From NCBI GenBank assembly GCA_015494735.1, contig WGAQ01000159.1, positions 1-46,450 on the forward strand: a stretch of 46,450 bases of DNA, in the 5' to 3' direction. The translations under genes were made by a program, and so were the position numbers. Numbering within the stretch: position 1 is the stretch's first letter; each line of letters opens with the position of its first letter. Below are positions 7,578 through 17,339 of this stretch, in pieces. The DNA is from a candidate division WOR-3 bacterium. GTDB lineage: Bacteria; Hydrothermota; Hydrothermia; LBFQ01; DSFT01. The notes below the pieces were generated by a model. That model was not told where the DNA came from. It searched no databases and worked only from the letters and a program-made list of their open reading frames with translations.

Positions 7578-10500
7578 CTCACCACCACCAGTTTCTTTCG
7601 ATACACCTTCCTTATTCCGCTACTCTCAAGTTTAAGGACAGCAATGTAGAGACCGCTTCCCAGTCTGGCATCCTCCCACACCACGGAGTTGAATCCGGCA
7701 TTCACGGTGAAGAGGGGCGAGGAGTAAACCAGATTACCGCTCATGTCGTACAGGAGAACCCTTCCGGTGGCCGGAGCCGTGGACACGAAGGTGAAGTAGA
7801 GGTCCCCTCCCCTGAAGGGAACGGGATAGAGGAGGAAATCCGAGACCTCCAGTTGATTGCTGGCGAAGTAGAGCACGTAATCCCGGGTCGAGAGATTATC
7901 GTAATTGTCCCACGCCCGTATGGTAAGCCTGTGCCATCCCTGCTCCCGCGTCAAATCGTACTGGAGAAGGGCCTCTCCCTCCGTGTAGGAGTTCTCGTAG
8001 TAGGAGAAGGACTGGGTTAGGGTCCACCTGAGCTGGCCATCCACATAGACCTCTATGTCCCTCTCACCGGGGGAGAGGTATATGCCGTTCTCATCGGACA
8101 GAACGATGCGGAAAGTCCCGACGGGGGAGAAGGACATGCTATCCCTCACATCCCTTCCCCCTATCATCATGCGGATGGATGGTCCTATCGTATCCTGTGC
8201 AATTCTGGCAGGGTCAAATGCCACCGATATGGAATCCCTGCCCTTCACACCACCCCTGTACAGGGCCCTCACCTTCAGTTTTCTGGCGACCGGAGTATTC
8301 TTGGGGATTATCGCCCGCAGGGAATCGGAATAGAGGGGGGCCCGGAAGAAGGTCTTATCCTCGTCCATGTAAGTGTAGGTGTAGGAGCAGTTGGTGACCG
8401 TTATGGTGTCCGGGAGGAATCCTATGGTGGAGAAGTACTGCCCCTGCCCCCCGAGGTATGCCGAATAGAGGGCACCCACGTAAGCGGTATCCGGAGCCCA
8501 TATCACGCTGTCCGGAGGCTCGTACCCGATGGACACGGATGGGTCCCCGAAGAGGACATAGTACTTGTTGGTCTTTCCCTGAAGGGCAAGGAATCCCATC
8601 GGATACTTCCTGTAGTCCATAAGGGTGGAAAAGATGGTGTTGGCGTAAATCTGATTGCCCGTCACATAGGACAGGGCAGTGGCTCCCAGAAGGCCGATGG
8701 CCCCGCCGTCCTCGATGAACATCAACTCCCCCAGCCCCCTGGGACCGGCGAAACTGATTCTATCGAAGACGCTCACCTTACAACTGAGTATCATGACGAA
8801 GGGATTGTGGCCCGCGGTGTTGAGCAGGTGGACGTTGTCTAAAGTGATGAGCCTCTCCCCGGCTATGGTGGAGGGGTTCCCATGGGCGAAGACGTTGACG
8901 ATGAGGTTGCCCGAATTGTACTTACTGATGAAATCGGAGGTGGCCTGCGGTTTGGTGCCCCCAACGGTGGGATACTCGTGCATGTAGAGGGTCCAGACTT
9001 CCGCCTCAAGGGGGATGAGATTCCTCCTTATGTAATCCGATGGAACGAGATGCCAGGTGATTTCGCATGGACTGCTTCCCACGAAGTCATCCGCCACCAG
9101 CATCACCCGATTCCTCCAGAAGGAGAAGAATCTGGACGTTTCGTAGTCCATTACCCTCGAAATTATCCTGCCCGTTTCACCTGAGTTCCTCACAGGTATC
9201 CTTCCGATGTATATGTCCGCGTATCCGTTTCCATCGAAATCCGCATAGAAATCGTCCCAGGAGCCCACCCCCGTTATGTTTATATCGTACACCTCCTTCA
9301 CATCGTAATAGACGGGAAAGAGATTCCCCTCCGTCGTGATGTACCCCCGGTAATCGTACGTGGCATCTCCCACGAAGAGGGCATAGAGGAGGGAGGGGGT
9401 GGAATTGTACAGGGAATACAGGAAATTCCTTATGGCCACAGGGTCAGGAACACCGAGGGAGAACTGGTCGTAAATCTCCTCCAGAGACACGTATTCCACG
9501 TTCCCGGAGCCCGCGCAGAATATGGTGTCGCATTCGACGGGCATCCTGCTTCTTCTGAATTCCCGGTAAGAGTCGAAGACCCCCCTGAAAATCTCCTTTC
9601 CGATAATCACGTACGCCACATCCCCCAGATTCCTTATGTCCCTGCCGATGTTGACGTAATGGAGGGATGGGGAGAGAAAAGTGTCCGATTTGAAATAAAT
9701 GTCTCCCGGGGACACCTCATCCGCACCGGAGGAAAGGATTACGGGATGAGCAGGGTCGGTTATGCGCAGAATCAGGGGTGCATCCCCCAGATGGTACGTG
9801 CCCGTGACGGAAGAGAAGATCTTTCCGGAAGAAGGAAGGCTCCTGCTGTACCTGATTTCGAAGTAGTCCAGATACACCATCTGATTGGTGCCGTTGACTC
9901 TGAAGGTTATGCTCCCCTGAGGGGACAGGTTGGAAACGGGAACCGTAAGGGTGCTCTTCCTGGCATTGTACGTATTCACCGTTGCCACGAGATTCCCGTT
10001 GAGGAATACGTCCACCGTGCCGTATCCGGTGAAATCCCCCAGGTCCTCCGCCCCCACTATGGAGACGGAAAGGGTCCCGGATGGAGAGGTCAACCCCTCC
10101 AGGGTAAAATCGAAAGTGTGGCTTCCATAGGTCATCTCCTCCCCCACCCAGGCCGTTCCCTTCCTGCCCGGATTGAACCTCTGGATTTCGTGATGGTATA
10201 TCCCCAGCGCCGGAAGGGGCGAGGAGGAGGACACGGAAGATGTACCCATGCGAATTCCCGGAGATGGGGCTCCTATTCCGAGCCAGTAGGATGTGAAGTT
10301 GCTGTATGGATGGATGAAGTAAAAGATGGTGGAATCGGAACTGCGGAATCCATCCGGGCCCTCTGCGTAGAAGAAGATGTAGTCCTCCGCATCCATCATG
10401 CCATCCCCGTCGGCATCGTGAATGCCATAGGCGATTTCCACTGCCCCGCTGTCTGCCCATTCGATATCGCTCCTCAACGTGTCGAACAGTCCAAGGAGCA

Positions 10501-11050
10501 GAACTCCATCGAATCTCAGCTCCCCTGCAGGTATGCCCAGAGATGTAAGGTCCGAGCCATACACCCTGTAAACCCCGGAAGTGGTTATATTCATGCGTAC
10601 CCAGTACCGGGCTCCGTTTATGAATCCCAGCTTCCCGGGGGCGACCCTCCGCCCCCTTATCCACTCCCGCGGGAAGGGATAGTTGATGAATCGCCTGTAT
10701 ATGGGCCTCCATCTGCCATCCCCTTTCCCTCCCCCGGATAGGGAAATCCTGACCCTCCACCTCACGGGCACCTTTCCACCCCTCAGAACGGGGTTGAAGG
10801 TGAGAACCACGTGGTCCACCTCTCCCCTCACCACCCTGTAATTCAGTGGACTGTCATGGCTGGAATACAGATTCAACCCGAGGGGAGCACTCTTCCACTC
10901 CAGAACGGTATAGTCCACCCTGACCTTCGCGCCGGGAGGAATGGCCACCAGATGGGTCGTGGGGGCATTGATGAGATTTTCGTACTCTATGACTATACCC
11001 CTGTCGCTATTCTCCAGAATGCTCACCGATGAGAAAAGGAGGAAAATCAT
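7574..11050 (-). CDS. C25 family cysteine peptidase with T9SS C-terminal domain (PorU-like sortase candidate)
   Basis: 1158 aa. Gingipain-type dyad VNVFAHGNPS (His codon 8882-8884) and FVMILSCKVS (Cys codon 8780-8782), 34 residues apart. FVGDATYDY...FYADFDGNGYADIYIGRIPV is C25-typical. CTD is YPVPFRGGDLYF...LLYDMSGNLV...GLYIAVL...KLVVVR. Confidence 0.8.
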   Translation of the reverse strand: MIFLLFSSVSILENSDRGIVIEYENLINAPTTHLVAIPPGAKVRVDYTVLEWKSAPLGLNLYSSHDSPLNYRVVRGEVDHVVLTFNPVLRGGKVPVRWRVRISLSGGGKGDGRWRPIYRRFINYPFPREWIRGRRVAPGKLGFINGARYWVRMNITTSGVYRVYGSDLTSLGIPAGELRFDGVLLLGLFDTLRSDIEWADSGAVEIAYGIHDADGDGMMDAEDYIFFYAEGPDGFRSSDSTIFYFIHPYSNFTSYWLGIGAPSPGIRMGTSSVSSSSPLPALGIYHHEIQRFNPGRKGTAWVGEEMTYGSHTFDFTLEGLTSPSGTLSVSIVGAEDLGDFTGYGTVDVFLNGNLVATVNTYNARKSTLTVPVSNLSPQGSITFRVNGTNQMVYLDYFEIRYSRSLPSSGKIFSSVTGTYHLGDAPLILRITDPAHPVILSSGADEVSPGDIYFKSDTFLSPSLHYVNIGRDIRNLGDVAYVIIGKEIFRGVFDSYREFRRSRMPVECDTIFCAGSGNVEYVSLEEIYDQFSLGVPDPVAIRNFLYSLYNSTPSLLYALFVGDATYDYRGYITTEGNLFPVYYDVKEVYDINITGVGSWDDFYADFDGNGYADIYIGRIPVRNSGETGRIISRVMDYETSRFFSFWRNRVMLVADDFVGSSPCEITWHLVPSDYIRRNLIPLEAEVWTLYMHEYPTVGGTKPQATSDFISKYNSGNLIVNVFAHGNPSTIAGERLITLDNVHLLNTAGHNPFVMILSCKVSVFDRISFAGPRGLGELMFIEDGGAIGLLGATALSYVTGNQIYANTIFSTLMDYRKYPMGFLALQGKTNKYYVLFGDPSVSIGYEPPDSVIWAPDTAYVGALYSAYLGGQGQYFSTIGFLPDTITVTNCSYTYTYMDEDKTFFRAPLYSDSLRAIIPKNTPVARKLKVRALYRGGVKGRDSISVAFDPARIAQDTIGPSIRMMIGGRDVRDSMSFSPVGTFRIVLSDENGIYLSPGERDIEVYVDGQLRWTLTQSFSYYENSYTEGEALLQYDLTREQGWHRLTIRAWDNYDNLSTRDYVLYFASNQLEVSDFLLYPVPFRGGDLYFTFVSTAPATGRVLLYDMSGNLVYSSPLFTVNAGFNSVVWEDARLGSGLYIAVLKLESSGIRKVYRKKLVVVR

Positions 11051-11054
11051 GGAC

Positions 11055-11240
11055 TCAGAACTTCTCCGCTTCCTTCTCCAGCATTATGGGGATACCTTCC
11101 CGGACCGGATACTTCAGACGGCATCTGTGGCAGATGAGGACATTCTCTTCCTCCCTGTATTCCAGACGGCCCTTGCACTTGGGACAGACGAGTATTTCGA
11201 GCAGTTCATCGGGAACCCTGTTCTTCGAATCGCTCCGCAT
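11055..11240 (-). CDS. Trm112 family zinc-ribbon protein (UPF0434/YcaR-like)
   Basis: 61 aa. [42 protein letters not shown]. Confidence 0.85.
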   Translation of the reverse strand: MRSDSKNRVPDELLEILVCPKCKGRLEYREEENVLICHRCRLKYPVREGIPIMLEKEAEKF

Positions 11241-11244
11241 AGGG

Positions 11245-11254
11245 AAAATTATAG
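11245..11254 (-). promoter_or_regulatory. Promoter-like box upstream of the trm112-like gene (leaderless-type)
   Basis: Minus strand cccTATAATTTTccctATG. It is preceded by the hairpin AGGGCG/CGCCCT (11261-11278), which spans the nuoB stop. Confidence 0.4.
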
Positions 11255-11276
11255 GGGATGAGGGCGAAAAATCGCC

Positions 11277-11843
11277 CTAAAGGTTGAACAGAGGTCCCCT
11301 CTCTTTCTCTATCTTCTTCTTCAACTGGAGGATTCCATAGAGGAGGCTTTCAGGCCTGGGGGGACATCCGGGAACGTACACATCCACGGGCACTATGTTA
11401 TCCACCCCGGGAACCACTGCATAGTTCCAGTACTTACCCCCGGTGTTGGCACACGTTCCCATGGATATGACGTACTTGGGCTCCGCCATCTGGTCGTATA
11501 TCTGGCGAAGGATGGGGGCCATCTTCCAGGTGACGGTGCCGGATACTATCATGAGGTCCGCCTGCCTGGGGGATGCCCTGAAGACCTCGTATCCAAGACG
11601 GGCCATATCGTATCGAGGCTGGGCAGTGGCCATCATCTCGATAGCACAGCACGCCAGACCGAAGGTGACGGGCCAGATGGAATGTCCCTTTCCCCAGTTG
11701 ACCGCCCAGCGAATCATGTCCTCCACCTTCGTGAGGAGCAGAGCCCTCTCCAGTTGCCTGCGGATTACCTTCTCCTCTTCCGGGTCCAGCTTGATATTCC
11801 TCCAGAGGAGTGCTTTCTCCTGCCCGTTGACCCCTACTGCCAT
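11277..11843 (-). CDS. nuoB: NADH-quinone oxidoreductase subunit B
   Basis: [25 protein letters not shown] and VPGCPPRPE Fe-S ligand motifs. Confidence 0.95.
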   Translation of the reverse strand: MAVGVNGQEKALLWRNIKLDPEEEKVIRRQLERALLLTKVEDMIRWAVNWGKGHSIWPVTFGLACCAIEMMATAQPRYDMARLGYEVFRASPRQADLMIVSGTVTWKMAPILRQIYDQMAEPKYVISMGTCANTGGKYWNYAVVPGVDNIVPVDVYVPGCPPRPESLLYGILQLKKKIEKERGPLFNL

Positions 11844-12190
11844 TCCAGACCTCCTTTTCTCCAGATATAGACGTAACCAATCAGGAGAATCAGGATGAAG
11901 ATGAGCATCTCGATGAAGGCGAAGAGTTTGAGGTCCATAACCTTGACGGCCCAGGGGTACATGAAGACCACCTCTATATCGAATATGAGGAAGGCAAGGG
12001 CCGTGAGATAGTACTGGATATTGGCCTTATACTCCCACCTGCCGGGCTTAACTCCGGATTCATACGGATTGAGTTTTTCCCTGTAGGGATTGCGCTTTCC
12101 AAGGAACATGGAGATGGCAAGAACACCGTAGGCTATTATCAGGCCTACGACCGTCATTAAGAGCACCACGAAATATGGATTTATCTTCAT
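11834..12190 (-). CDS. nuoA: NADH-quinone oxidoreductase subunit A
   Basis: NPYESGVKP...[26 protein letters not shown] 12190 is preferred; the track ORF starts at TTG 12202. It overlaps the nuoB start by 10 nt. Confidence 0.9.
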   Translation of the reverse strand: MKINPYFVVLLMTVVGLIIAYGVLAISMFLGKRNPYREKLNPYESGVKPGRWEYKANIQYYLTALAFLIFDIEVVFMYPWAVKVMDLKLFAFIEMLIFILILLIGYVYIWRKGGLEWQ

Positions 12191-12199
12191 GGCTCTAAT

Positions 12200-12211
12200 C
12201 AAAAGGTTAAA
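12200..12211 (-). promoter_or_regulatory. Promoter-like box upstream of nuoA
   Basis: Minus strand gcCTTTAACCTTTTGattagagccATG. Confidence 0.4.
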
Positions 12212-12255
12212 GGCATAAGGGGGTGTAATTCAAAGCCTATCCGTACCATTTTCAT

Positions 12256-12441
12256 ATGGAATATTTCGACACCTTAAAATATATCCCCGTCATGAATCTG
12301 TTTTCCACCGCCCTTCTGGGACTGAGTGCGGGAATTATATCCGGACTCCTGTCCGTATTCCTGAACCTGAATCCCATCGTTTCGGGGTTGATTGGTGCGG
12401 GGATGGTGATTTCCATCTGGTTTATTATCCGCAGAAGATAG
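12256..12441 (+). CDS. Small two-TM membrane protein (hypothetical)
   Basis: 61 aa with two hydrophobic segments (LFSTALLGLSAGIISGLLSVFL and IVSGLIGAGMVISIWFII) and an RRR tail. An alternative in-frame start at ATG 12292 is preceded by cTTAAAATATAtccccgtc. Confidence 0.4.
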   Translation: MEYFDTLKYIPVMNLFSTALLGLSAGIISGLLSVFLNLNPIVSGLIGAGMVISIWFIIRRR

Positions 12442-12463
12442 GCACTCCTGCTTCTCTTCACAA

Positions 12464-12475
12464 CTTTATAATTTT
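12464..12475 (+). promoter_or_regulatory. Promoter-like box upstream of nuoH (leaderless-type)
   Basis: CTTTATAATTTTcgaactATG. Confidence 0.45.
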
Positions 12476-12481
12476 CGAACT

Positions 12482-13546
12482 ATGTTGATGATTTTCGTGA
12501 TTCTGCCATTAGTCTCCCTTCTCGTAGCCTTCTTAATAGCCTTCCTCATGGGGTTCCTCTTCGGCACATTTCCCGTCCTGGAGGCGGAGCCCCTGCGCAG
12601 CATCATAGTGGGAGCGGTGGTGGTTACGGCTTCCCTCCTGATATCCGTCCTCATGATATACACCGAGAGGAAGGTGGCCGCCAGACTCCACGGAAGGCTG
12701 GGACCCTATCTGGTTGGAAGACCCCACGGATGGCTCCAGCTCATCGCGGATGCCCTCAAGATGCTCCTGAAGGAGGACATAGTCCCTAAGAAGGCCGACA
12801 GATTCCTGTTCAATCTGGCCCCCATACTCTTCGTATTCTCCGCCATCCTTGCATTCGCCGTCGTTCCTGCCGATAACGGTGCGGTTCTCTTCGATTGGGA
12901 CCTCGGAATCCTCTTCATACTGGCGGTTGCAGGATTCCCCATAATCGGAAACATACTGGCCGGATTCGCCTCCAACTCCAAGTATCCCCTCATATCTGCG
13001 GTGAGGTCCGCGGGAGTCATGCTGGCATACGAGGTTCCCCTGGTCCTCACCATACTGGTTCCCGTGGTTCTGGCCGGGAGCTTCAACCTGACCGATATAG
13101 TGGAGGCGCAGAAGTCCCTGCCCTACATATTCGTTCCCGTCGTGGGGCAGGTGGCTTTCGTCATATTCCTCATCACATCCCTCGCGGAGACCAACAGGGC
13201 TCCATTTGACATAGCAGAGGCAGAGTCGGAACTGGTCTCCGGAGCCAACGTGGAATACTCGGGTATGAAGTTCGGCTTCTTCTATCTGGGTGAGTACATA
13301 TTCCACTTCATCAGCGCCATACTCATCGTCATCTTCTTCCTCGCGGGATGGCACGGACCTCTCCTTCCCGGATGGGCCTGGATGGTGATAAAGGTGTACT
13401 TCGTGTACGTATTCCTCCTCCTCATAAGATGGACCTACACCCGATACAGGCTGGACCAGTTCATAACTCTGGCGTGGAAGTGGCTCATACCCATATCCTT
13501 CGTCAACTTTATACTGGCCGTGCTGGTGAAGTACTACTTCATGTGA
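12482..13546 (+). CDS. nuoH: NADH-quinone oxidoreductase subunit H
   Basis: ERKVAARLHGRLGPYLVGRPHGWLQLIADALKMLLKED and LAETNRAPFDIAEAESELVSG are NuoH/ND1 signatures. Confidence 0.95.
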   Translation: MLMIFVILPLVSLLVAFLIAFLMGFLFGTFPVLEAEPLRSIIVGAVVVTASLLISVLMIYTERKVAARLHGRLGPYLVGRPHGWLQLIADALKMLLKEDIVPKKADRFLFNLAPILFVFSAILAFAVVPADNGAVLFDWDLGILFILAVAGFPIIGNILAGFASNSKYPLISAVRSAGVMLAYEVPLVLTILVPVVLAGSFNLTDIVEAQKSLPYIFVPVVGQVAFVIFLITSLAETNRAPFDIAEAESELVSGANVEYSGMKFGFFYLGEYIFHFISAILIVIFFLAGWHGPLLPGWAWMVIKVYFVYVFLLLIRWTYTRYRLDQFITLAWKWLIPISFVNFILAVLVKYYFM

Positions 13547-13547
13547 T

Positions 13548-14000
13548 ATGGTTTACGATGTCATACTGGGATTCATCCTGCTCGTTGGATTCGTAAACGG
13601 CTTCAAAAATGGGCTGGCCGCCGAGGTGGCCGGCCTCTTTTCTCTGTTAACTGCGGTCTTCGTGGCCTTCAGGTACTACACTCCACTCATGTCCTTTTTC
13701 GACAACGAAACCCTTGCTATAATGCTCACCTTCATAGTGGTTTACTTCGCCCTGTCGCTGCTCCTGGGGAAACTGGTGGAGGGGGCTCTGAATTTGCCCC
13801 ACAGCATAGGAAATCAACTGGTGGCCGGTCTGGTGGGGCTCGTGGAGATGGGTATCTTCCTGGGGGTGGTGATGTACGGAACTTATGACACATCCATCGT
13901 TCAGGCATTTCTGCAGAATAGCGGCATTGCGAAGTATATAGAGGCCTACACCTTTCCCCTGATAAAACTCCTGATTCCCATCGGGGGTGAAACCGTATGA
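13548..14000 (+). CDS. cvpA: CvpA family membrane protein
   Basis: DVILGFILLVGFVNGFKNGLAAEVAGLFSLL N-terminus, with four predicted TM segments. Confidence 0.75.
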   Translation: MVYDVILGFILLVGFVNGFKNGLAAEVAGLFSLLTAVFVAFRYYTPLMSFFDNETLAIMLTFIVVYFALSLLLGKLVEGALNLPHSIGNQLVAGLVGLVEMGIFLGVVMYGTYDTSIVQAFLQNSGIAKYIEAYTFPLIKLLIPIGGETV

Positions 14001-15076
14001 TTCACCTTCTGTCATCCTACCTGATGGTGGCATCATCCATAAACAAACCCCTGTGGGATTTGCTCCTGGGAAGCGGGCTGGACAGGCCCAGGGCCCACAA
14101 AATCATCTCTGCCCTTGAGGACCATGTGAACTTCCGCCACCTGAGTCCCCGGGATTCTGTTTACATAGAGGTAAAACCTGAGAGCCTGTACATATTTCAC
14201 CTGAAGAAGGGCTACAGGATATACGAGGTGGTCATAGAAGACACTCTCCTGCGCAAATTCGATATAAAGGAGAAATTCCTCTCCAGAAGACTGGAAATGG
14301 TGGAGGGTGTAGTCAGAGACAATCTCTACTGGAGCATGACCTCCATCGGGGAGAGCCCGGAACTGGTGGTAAAGTTCGCCGACATATTCGGATGGGATAT
14401 AGATTTCAGCGTGGAAACGGAAAACGGGGACAGTTTCAGGGTTCTGGTGGAAAAACTCTACAGGGGGGATAAATTTGCAGGATACGGAAGGATATACTAT
14501 GCGGAGTACAGGGGCAGGAGGACCGGGAGCAAGTATGCCGTTTACTGGAAGGGGGCCTACTACGACCTCAACGGCAACTCCCTCCAGAAGATGTTTCTGC
14601 GCTCCCCTCTCAAGGTATATCGAATAACCTCCCGATTCGGCAGGAGATTCCACCCCATCCTGAGGAAGTGGAGAATGCACCACGGCGTGGACTATGCTGC
14701 ACCGGTGGGAACACCGGTCTTTGCAGTGGGAGAGGGGGTGGTCAAATTCGCAGGCTGGAGGGGTGGATACGGGAAACTCATCATCATCAAACATCCCAAG
14801 GGATTCGAAACGAGGTATGGTCACCTGTCCTCCATAGCGGTCAAACCCGGACAGCACGTCAATCAGGGTCAGTTCATAGGCAGGGTGGGCTCCACCGGAT
14901 TATCCACGGGACCCCATCTGCACTTCGAGGTCAGACAGCACGGAAGACTCCTCAATCCCCTCACTCTGAAGCTCCAGCCCAAGGAGCCGGTCCCCGAAGA
15001 GGATATGCCCGAATTCCAGAAGTATGTTGAAAAATTGCGTGATTTTTCCATTAAAATTATAGAAACAAGGAGGTAA
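13997..15076 (+). CDS. M23 family metallopeptidase (LytM/OapA-type)
   Basis: HHGVDYAAPVGTPVFAVGEGVV and STGPHLHFEV motifs. ATGA overlap with cvpA. Confidence 0.9.
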   Translation: MIHLLSSYLMVASSINKPLWDLLLGSGLDRPRAHKIISALEDHVNFRHLSPRDSVYIEVKPESLYIFHLKKGYRIYEVVIEDTLLRKFDIKEKFLSRRLEMVEGVVRDNLYWSMTSIGESPELVVKFADIFGWDIDFSVETENGDSFRVLVEKLYRGDKFAGYGRIYYAEYRGRRTGSKYAVYWKGAYYDLNGNSLQKMFLRSPLKVYRITSRFGRRFHPILRKWRMHHGVDYAAPVGTPVFAVGEGVVKFAGWRGGYGKLIIIKHPKGFETRYGHLSSIAVKPGQHVNQGQFIGRVGSTGLSTGPHLHFEVRQHGRLLNPLTLKLQPKEPVPEEDMPEFQKYVEKLRDFSIKIIETRR

Positions 15077-15079
15077 TCC

Positions 15080-15370
15080 ATGAGACGCGGGGAACTTTCC
15101 CTCGGTATTCTTTTAGGCCTGCTGGTGGGGGCGGTACTCGGCATAATATTCGCTCCCGAATCAGGTGAAGAAACTCGAAAGAAACTCAGGAAAAGGGGCG
15201 AGGATGCGTACGATAAACTCCGCGATGTTCTTGCAGAATACCTGGAAATGGCAGAGGAAAAGGGGCGCGAATACTACGACAAAGCCAGGGATAAGGTGGA
15301 AGATTTGGTGGATGAATTGAAGAGAAAACTGGAAGAGAAGGCAGAAGAATCCATAGACGAGGAGGAATGA
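15080..15370 (+). CDS. YtxH domain-containing protein
   Basis: LGILLGLLVGAVLGIIFAPESGEETRKKLRK followed by a charged coiled-coil tail. AAGGAGGT SD at 15067-15074. Confidence 0.85.
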   Translation: MRRGELSLGILLGLLVGAVLGIIFAPESGEETRKKLRKRGEDAYDKLRDVLAEYLEMAEEKGREYYDKARDKVEDLVDELKRKLEEKAEESIDEEE

Positions 15371-15371
15371 G

Positions 15372-16514
15372 ATGAAAAGGGGCATACTTCTCTCCATTCT
15401 TGCACTGGGTTTATTTTCGTGTGGAGATAACACTCTTAAGGTGGCAGTCATAATGCCCATGGAGAACTTCGATCTCCCCTACGGAATGGATGCGAAGAAT
15501 GGCCTCAATCTGGCCATACTGGACATAGCCCCTGAGAATGTGGAATTCCAGTACTTCGACACCGAAGGAAAATCCGAGTTCTTTCTGAAATATTATGAGG
15601 AAGCGGCTAAAAATGGCGCGGAGCTGGTTATAGGACCCCTCCTCTCCAGCGAGGTCAAAATAGAGGATCTGGTCAATCTCATCGAGAAGTACAAGGTCCC
15701 CCTTCTTTCACCCGCAATAACCAACGACGATTACCTGCATGCAAGCGATTTATTCTTCTCCGTCGCGGCCCCCAATTCCGTTATAGCCGCCAACCTGGCA
15801 TTCCTCCTTTCGAAATTCAGGGATAAGAATGCGGGGATAGATGGGATAGAGGAGGTCATACTGGTTCAGAATCCGGACAATCCCTATTCGGTGAACATAA
15901 CCGAGCTGGAGAAGAAGGCTCTGAAAAGCTATGGTATAAAGGTGGTGGGAATATCCGAATTCAACGGCTCCAGACAGGATTTGATAGATGACCTGCGGGA
16001 GAAATTCTCCGGCACACTTCAGAACAGCAACAGCGCCATAATAATCAACCTCTATGCGGATAACCTGAACGACCTCCTTCTGGATATAAGGAACGAATTG
16101 AACTACAAAGGGGTACTGGCCGGACCCGATTCCTGGGATGTGGTGGAACCCACATCCACGAAGATACCCGGCATCAACATATACGTGGCTTTCTTCTTCC
16201 CCACGGAGAACGACTCCACCAAGGCGTTCACGAAGAGGTACATGGAGCATTATAAGAAGGTGCCCTCCTCCTTCTCCGCACTGGCATACGACGCCATAAA
16301 GGTCCTGAACGAAGCCCTGAAGAAATCCAAGGTGTACACGAGCGAGGAGATAGCCAGGAGGCTGAAGTTCGTTTCCACCATGGGACTCACTGGAGAGATA
16401 GACTTCGGCGGAGACAACATACTGGAGGATAAATCCGTCGTGAGCATCCTGTACACGGGCAGGGAAAAGAGATTCATCAGAAGAACGACGGTTTCGGCAG
16501 CAGTCATCAAATGA
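15372..16514 (+). CDS. Periplasmic-binding-protein type I fold lipoprotein (LivK/LpoA-like substrate-binding protein)
   Basis: Lipobox LGLFSCGD. VAVIMPM...GAELVIGPLLSSE...VPLLSPAIT pattern is typical of Peripla_BP_6-like proteins. Confidence 0.65.
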   Translation: MKRGILLSILALGLFSCGDNTLKVAVIMPMENFDLPYGMDAKNGLNLAILDIAPENVEFQYFDTEGKSEFFLKYYEEAAKNGAELVIGPLLSSEVKIEDLVNLIEKYKVPLLSPAITNDDYLHASDLFFSVAAPNSVIAANLAFLLSKFRDKNAGIDGIEEVILVQNPDNPYSVNITELEKKALKSYGIKVVGISEFNGSRQDLIDDLREKFSGTLQNSNSAIIINLYADNLNDLLLDIRNELNYKGVLAGPDSWDVVEPTSTKIPGINIYVAFFFPTENDSTKAFTKRYMEHYKKVPSSFSALAYDAIKVLNEALKKSKVYTSEEIARRLKFVSTMGLTGEIDFGGDNILEDKSVVSILYTGREKRFIRRTTVSAAVIK

Positions 16515-17317
16515 ATCCCGGGAGGGTTCTCCCTCCCCTCTTTCCCATGAAAATACTGGAGAGTCTCCAGGACGGCTCCGACAGGGTCTTCCACAGGGTG
16601 GAATGGGAAGGCAGGACAGCAATCCTCCTCAGGGATGAAAATCCGGATTCCCTGAGGAAGTACGTGGAAATAGATGAGATGCTCCGTCCGTATTCCCCCG
16701 AAATCTACAGATTCGATGGGAAAAGTATCCTGATGGAGGACCTGGGCAACGAATCCCTTTACGAATGGATGAGAAAGGGACGCCCCGCCGAGATATACTT
16801 TCAGGTTCTGGACGCGCTGAGGGAAATCCAGAGGATAGATTGCAGGGGACTTCCGGATTTCGGAAGGGATGCACTGGTGGGGGAGGTGGAATATTTCCTC
16901 CGGTGGAATCCCCACATGTCCCGCCTTAAGGACTTCCTGATGGACAATGCCCTCCTCCTGTCCGCCATGGAAGAGAGGGCCTTCATGCACAGGGATTTCC
17001 AGTCGCGAAACATCTTCATCAAAGGGGGAAGAATCCGCCTGATAGACTTCCAGTCAGCCCACTGCGGGCATCCGTACTACGACCTGGCCAGCCTTCTGTG
17101 GGACCCCTACGTGAATCTGCAGAGGGATTTCAGGAAGGAACTGGCGGAATACTACGGTGCGGACATCCATCTTTTGAAGAGGTTCGCCATTCAGAGGCTC
17201 GCACAGGCAACAGCTGCCTACAGGAAATTATCCAGAAGGAAACCCTTCTTCGAAAGATTCATCCCGATATCGACCAATACCCTGATGGAACTCATCGATG
17301 AAGTGAATTCGAATTAG
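16511..17317 (+). CDS. Aminoglycoside phosphotransferase (APH) family kinase, AmgK-like
   Basis: HRDFQSRNIFIKGGRIRLIDFQSA catalytic/Brenner-like motif. ATGA overlap with the upstream gene. Confidence 0.75.
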   Translation: MNPGRVLPPLFPMKILESLQDGSDRVFHRVEWEGRTAILLRDENPDSLRKYVEIDEMLRPYSPEIYRFDGKSILMEDLGNESLYEWMRKGRPAEIYFQVLDALREIQRIDCRGLPDFGRDALVGEVEYFLRWNPHMSRLKDFLMDNALLLSAMEERAFMHRDFQSRNIFIKGGRIRLIDFQSAHCGHPYYDLASLLWDPYVNLQRDFRKELAEYYGADIHLLKRFAIQRLAQATAAYRKLSRRKPFFERFIPISTNTLMELIDEVNSN

Positions 17318-17339
17318 AGGCCAGAGGATTCCGGCCCAA

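Noticed and set aside
9659-10760. Long ORFs 9659-10741 (+, 360 aa) and 9717-10760 (-, 347 aa) inside the C25 gene
   Set aside because: They are alternative-frame or antisense shadows of the 1158-aa C25 CDS. Their translations are R/G/P-rich and low-complexity with no motifs, whereas the chosen frame carries the C25 dyad and CTD.
11261-11278. Hairpin AGGGCG-aaaaat-CGCCCT read as an intrinsic terminator after nuoB
   Set aside because: The stem is only 6 bp, it overlaps the nuoB stop codon, and no U-tract follows on the minus strand. It may still attenuate read-through, but it cannot be called a terminator.
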